Below, piece by piece: positions 9,656 through 11,567 of a stretch of DNA of 11,567 nucleotides. Source of the stretch: Octopus sinensis. Lineage: Eukaryota. The DNA lies in NCBI RefSeq assembly GCF_006345805.1, contig NW_021826846.1, forward strand, positions 1 to 11,567. Reading direction: 5' to 3'. The position numbers and the translations under genes were made by a program. Under the pieces are notes generated by a model, which saw nothing but the letters and a program-made list of their open reading frames with translations, was not told the DNA's origin and did no database searches. The stretch's first letter is position 1, and each line of letters opens with the position of its first letter.

Positions 9656-9994
9656 TCATAATCGTCCTCTAGCTTTCAGACATCTTTCCTTTTAAAAGTG
9701 TCTCTCTAAGTGATCTGTGTTTATCTGTTTCTCCCCAACGATGTCTTCCTTCATGGCAGGAGTCACACTCTTGGCTTCTTAAAGCCACTTTTAACAAAGC
9801 TTCATGTCGTAAGTGCATCCGCCATTACATACGTAAATGTGTGTGTGTGTGTGTGTGAGTATGTATTTATTCGTGTGTGAGAGGAAATACCCACCAAATC
9901 ATAATTCCCCTTGAAGTCATTTCATAAAGAATTTTGAATCACATGATTGGCTCTTTGACCGAATCACAACAAAATTTTTGACTGAAACTATAGA

Positions 9995-10090
9995 TCTCTC
10001 ACTCTCTCTCTCGTTCTCTCTCTCTCTCTCTCTCTCTCCTTCCCTCTCATTCTTGCTCCCCTCTTCTCTCCTCTCACTCTGTCTTTCTCC
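9995..10090. repeat. (CT)n-rich polypyrimidine tract
   Basis: Read directly. Confidence 0.92.
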
Positions 10091-10405
10091 TACTTACCCT
10101 CCCGCACGCAAATCTTTTACAACGGGCAACGGGCTATATATGGCTTCCCCAGGCTCTTCCGACAAATGTGAGATGAATGCAGTGAGTGTTTGTTCCTCGT
10201 GGATATATGATGACCGACGGTTGCAAGAAGAGCAGGGACAGGGAGAGAAAAATTCCAGAAGACTGATTCATTACGAAGTAGGGACTGGGTGTACTGATTA
10301 GAACATCGCACGGTGAGTGCTTAGTGGATATAATATGGCTGAGGACGAAAGAATTAGAAATAAATGAGTTGAATGTGCGAAGCTAGCCAGCTCCGAGGAA
10401 CCTGA

Positions 10406-10416
10406 ATCACTGCAAT
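10406..10416 (+). repeat. Left target-site duplication ATCACTGCAAT of the SINE at 10417-10760
   Basis: An identical 11-mer lies at 10760-10770 on the other side of the element. Confidence 0.92.
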
Positions 10417-10760
10417 GTGGAAGCACTCCGTCGGTTACGACGACGAGGGTTCCGGTTGATCCGATCAACGGAACAGCCTGCTCGTGAAATTAACGTGTAA
10501 GTGGCTGAGATATTCAGCGTGACACAGAGAGTGACAAGGCCGGCCCTTTGAAATACAGGTACAACAGAAACAGGAAGTAAGAGTGACAGAAAGTTGTGGT
10601 GAAAGAGTACAGCAGGGATCACCACCATCCCCTGCCGGAGCCTCGTGGAACTTTAGGTGTTTTCGCTCAATAAACACTCACAACGCCCGGTCTGGGAATC
10701 GAAACCACGATCCTACGACCGCGAGTCCGCTGCCCTAACCACTGGGCCATTGCGCCTCCA
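10417..10760 (-). mobile_element. Full-length tRNA(Arg)-like SINE (probably octopus OR-type), about 344 bp, with TSD
   Basis: Minus strand starts tggaggcgcaatggcccagtgg. Box A is at 10739-10749 and the box B-like motif at 10694-10706. Flanked by an 11-bp direct repeat; 89% identical to 1023-1216 over 194 bp. Confidence 0.95.
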
Positions 10761-10770
10761 TCACTGCAAT
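10760..10770 (+). repeat. Right target-site duplication ATCACTGCAAT (the first base may belong to the SINE)
   Basis: Identical to 10406-10416. Confidence 0.92.
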
Positions 10771-10916
10771 AGCCATAAAAGAAAAAGGAATAATCGAAAA
10801 AGCAAGAATAATCGAAAAAGGATGAATCAACAAGTTATACGAAACTGAAGTGTGTCATTGAGGTACCTTATAACAAAGCGTTCAACGTCCTTATTTTGGG
10901 ACGTATTAAAGAATTA

Positions 10917-11293
10917 CTAGCACTATGACCCGGCAACGCCACGTCATAGTGCTAGTGCACGCATATACAGCTGCGTGCATGCGCACATACACGCGAGTAC
11001 TGTCCAAATCTCCGACCAATCACATACAGCTAGCTAGCATTCAATTAGCGTATCAAGTTTCGGGCATTTTGATTGGGTTTTGGATAGAAAATTCACAAAA
11101 GAGTCACTTTTATTGATTTATTTTATGGCTTTGCAGGGTGACTGGGGAAATGTAAAGATATGCACGACCAGCCTTGGACGGTTTTGAATGACCATGGACA
11201 GTACGATCCCTCTAACTGAAAAATTGTGGATTTGTATAAAGGATACACACACACAAACACAGACAGACATTTTGCAGTTTATATATAGAGAGA
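10917..11293 (-). mobile_element. Non-autonomous Helitron-like element, 377 bp
   Basis: Minus strand begins A|TCtctctatatataaa followed by a TG-rich microsatellite, and ends gcgttgccgggtcatagtgCTAG|T. This gives 5' TC, 3' CTAG, a GC-rich subterminal hairpin 8 nt before CTAG, insertion between A and T, and no TSD, which are the canonical Helitron hallmarks. Confidence 0.78.
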
Positions 11294-11567
11294 TTATTTT
11301 CTTTTATTTATTTGTTAAGAAAGAAAGCTGCTGTCAGTAGCCTTTACGGGATATTGTGAGGGATGTTACTCAGACTACAGGTTTGGTCCAATTAGTCTCT
11401 GTTATAATATCCAAGTTACCAGATAGTGGTGTGAAACCGAGATACAGTTTACGTTTTGAACTCAGAAACGTAAAGGATCAAAATCAAAGACTACCATGAC
11501 ACCTGGTCCGTCTTTCTTGCAGTTCCACAAATCCATTGCGTATTGGGTAGGGATATTTCTTTTAACG

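Noticed and set aside
10092-10195. Minus-strand perfect donor GAGG|GTAAGT with a possible 98-nt exon
   Set aside because: The matching acceptor is weak (GAG) and the peptide is unrecognised; one consensus donor is expected by chance in 11.5 kb.
11448-11474. 9-bp inverted repeat tttacgttt/aaacgtaaa
   Set aside because: Short and AT-rich; expected by chance.

Overview
Eukaryotic, AT-rich, repeat-dense non-coding DNA, probably intron or intergenic. The organism is most likely an octopus or other coleoid cephalopod; this is inferred from the SINE types and the very high microsatellite density, and no database search was run. I cannot support any protein-coding gene. The listed ORFs are read-throughs of microsatellites or SINEs, or short unrecognisable chance frames. 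Supported by the sequence: a same-orientation cluster of tRNA-derived SINEs (609-1336) that includes a two-family chimera; a full-length minus-strand tRNA-derived SINE with an 11-bp TSD (10417-10760); a rearranged SINE region with a 135-bp, 97%-identical local duplication (6190-7114); a 377-bp non-autonomous Helitron-like element (10917-11293, minus) whose 3' end is a perfect 14-bp inverted repeat; a decayed minimal hammerhead-ribozyme-like motif of the Penelope type (7808-7835); and many simple and compound microsatellites. I found no clearly new biological system. The best leads are the two-directional Helitron terminus, the hammerhead relic, the SINE chimera and rearrangement, and an inverted SINE pair that could form dsRNA.
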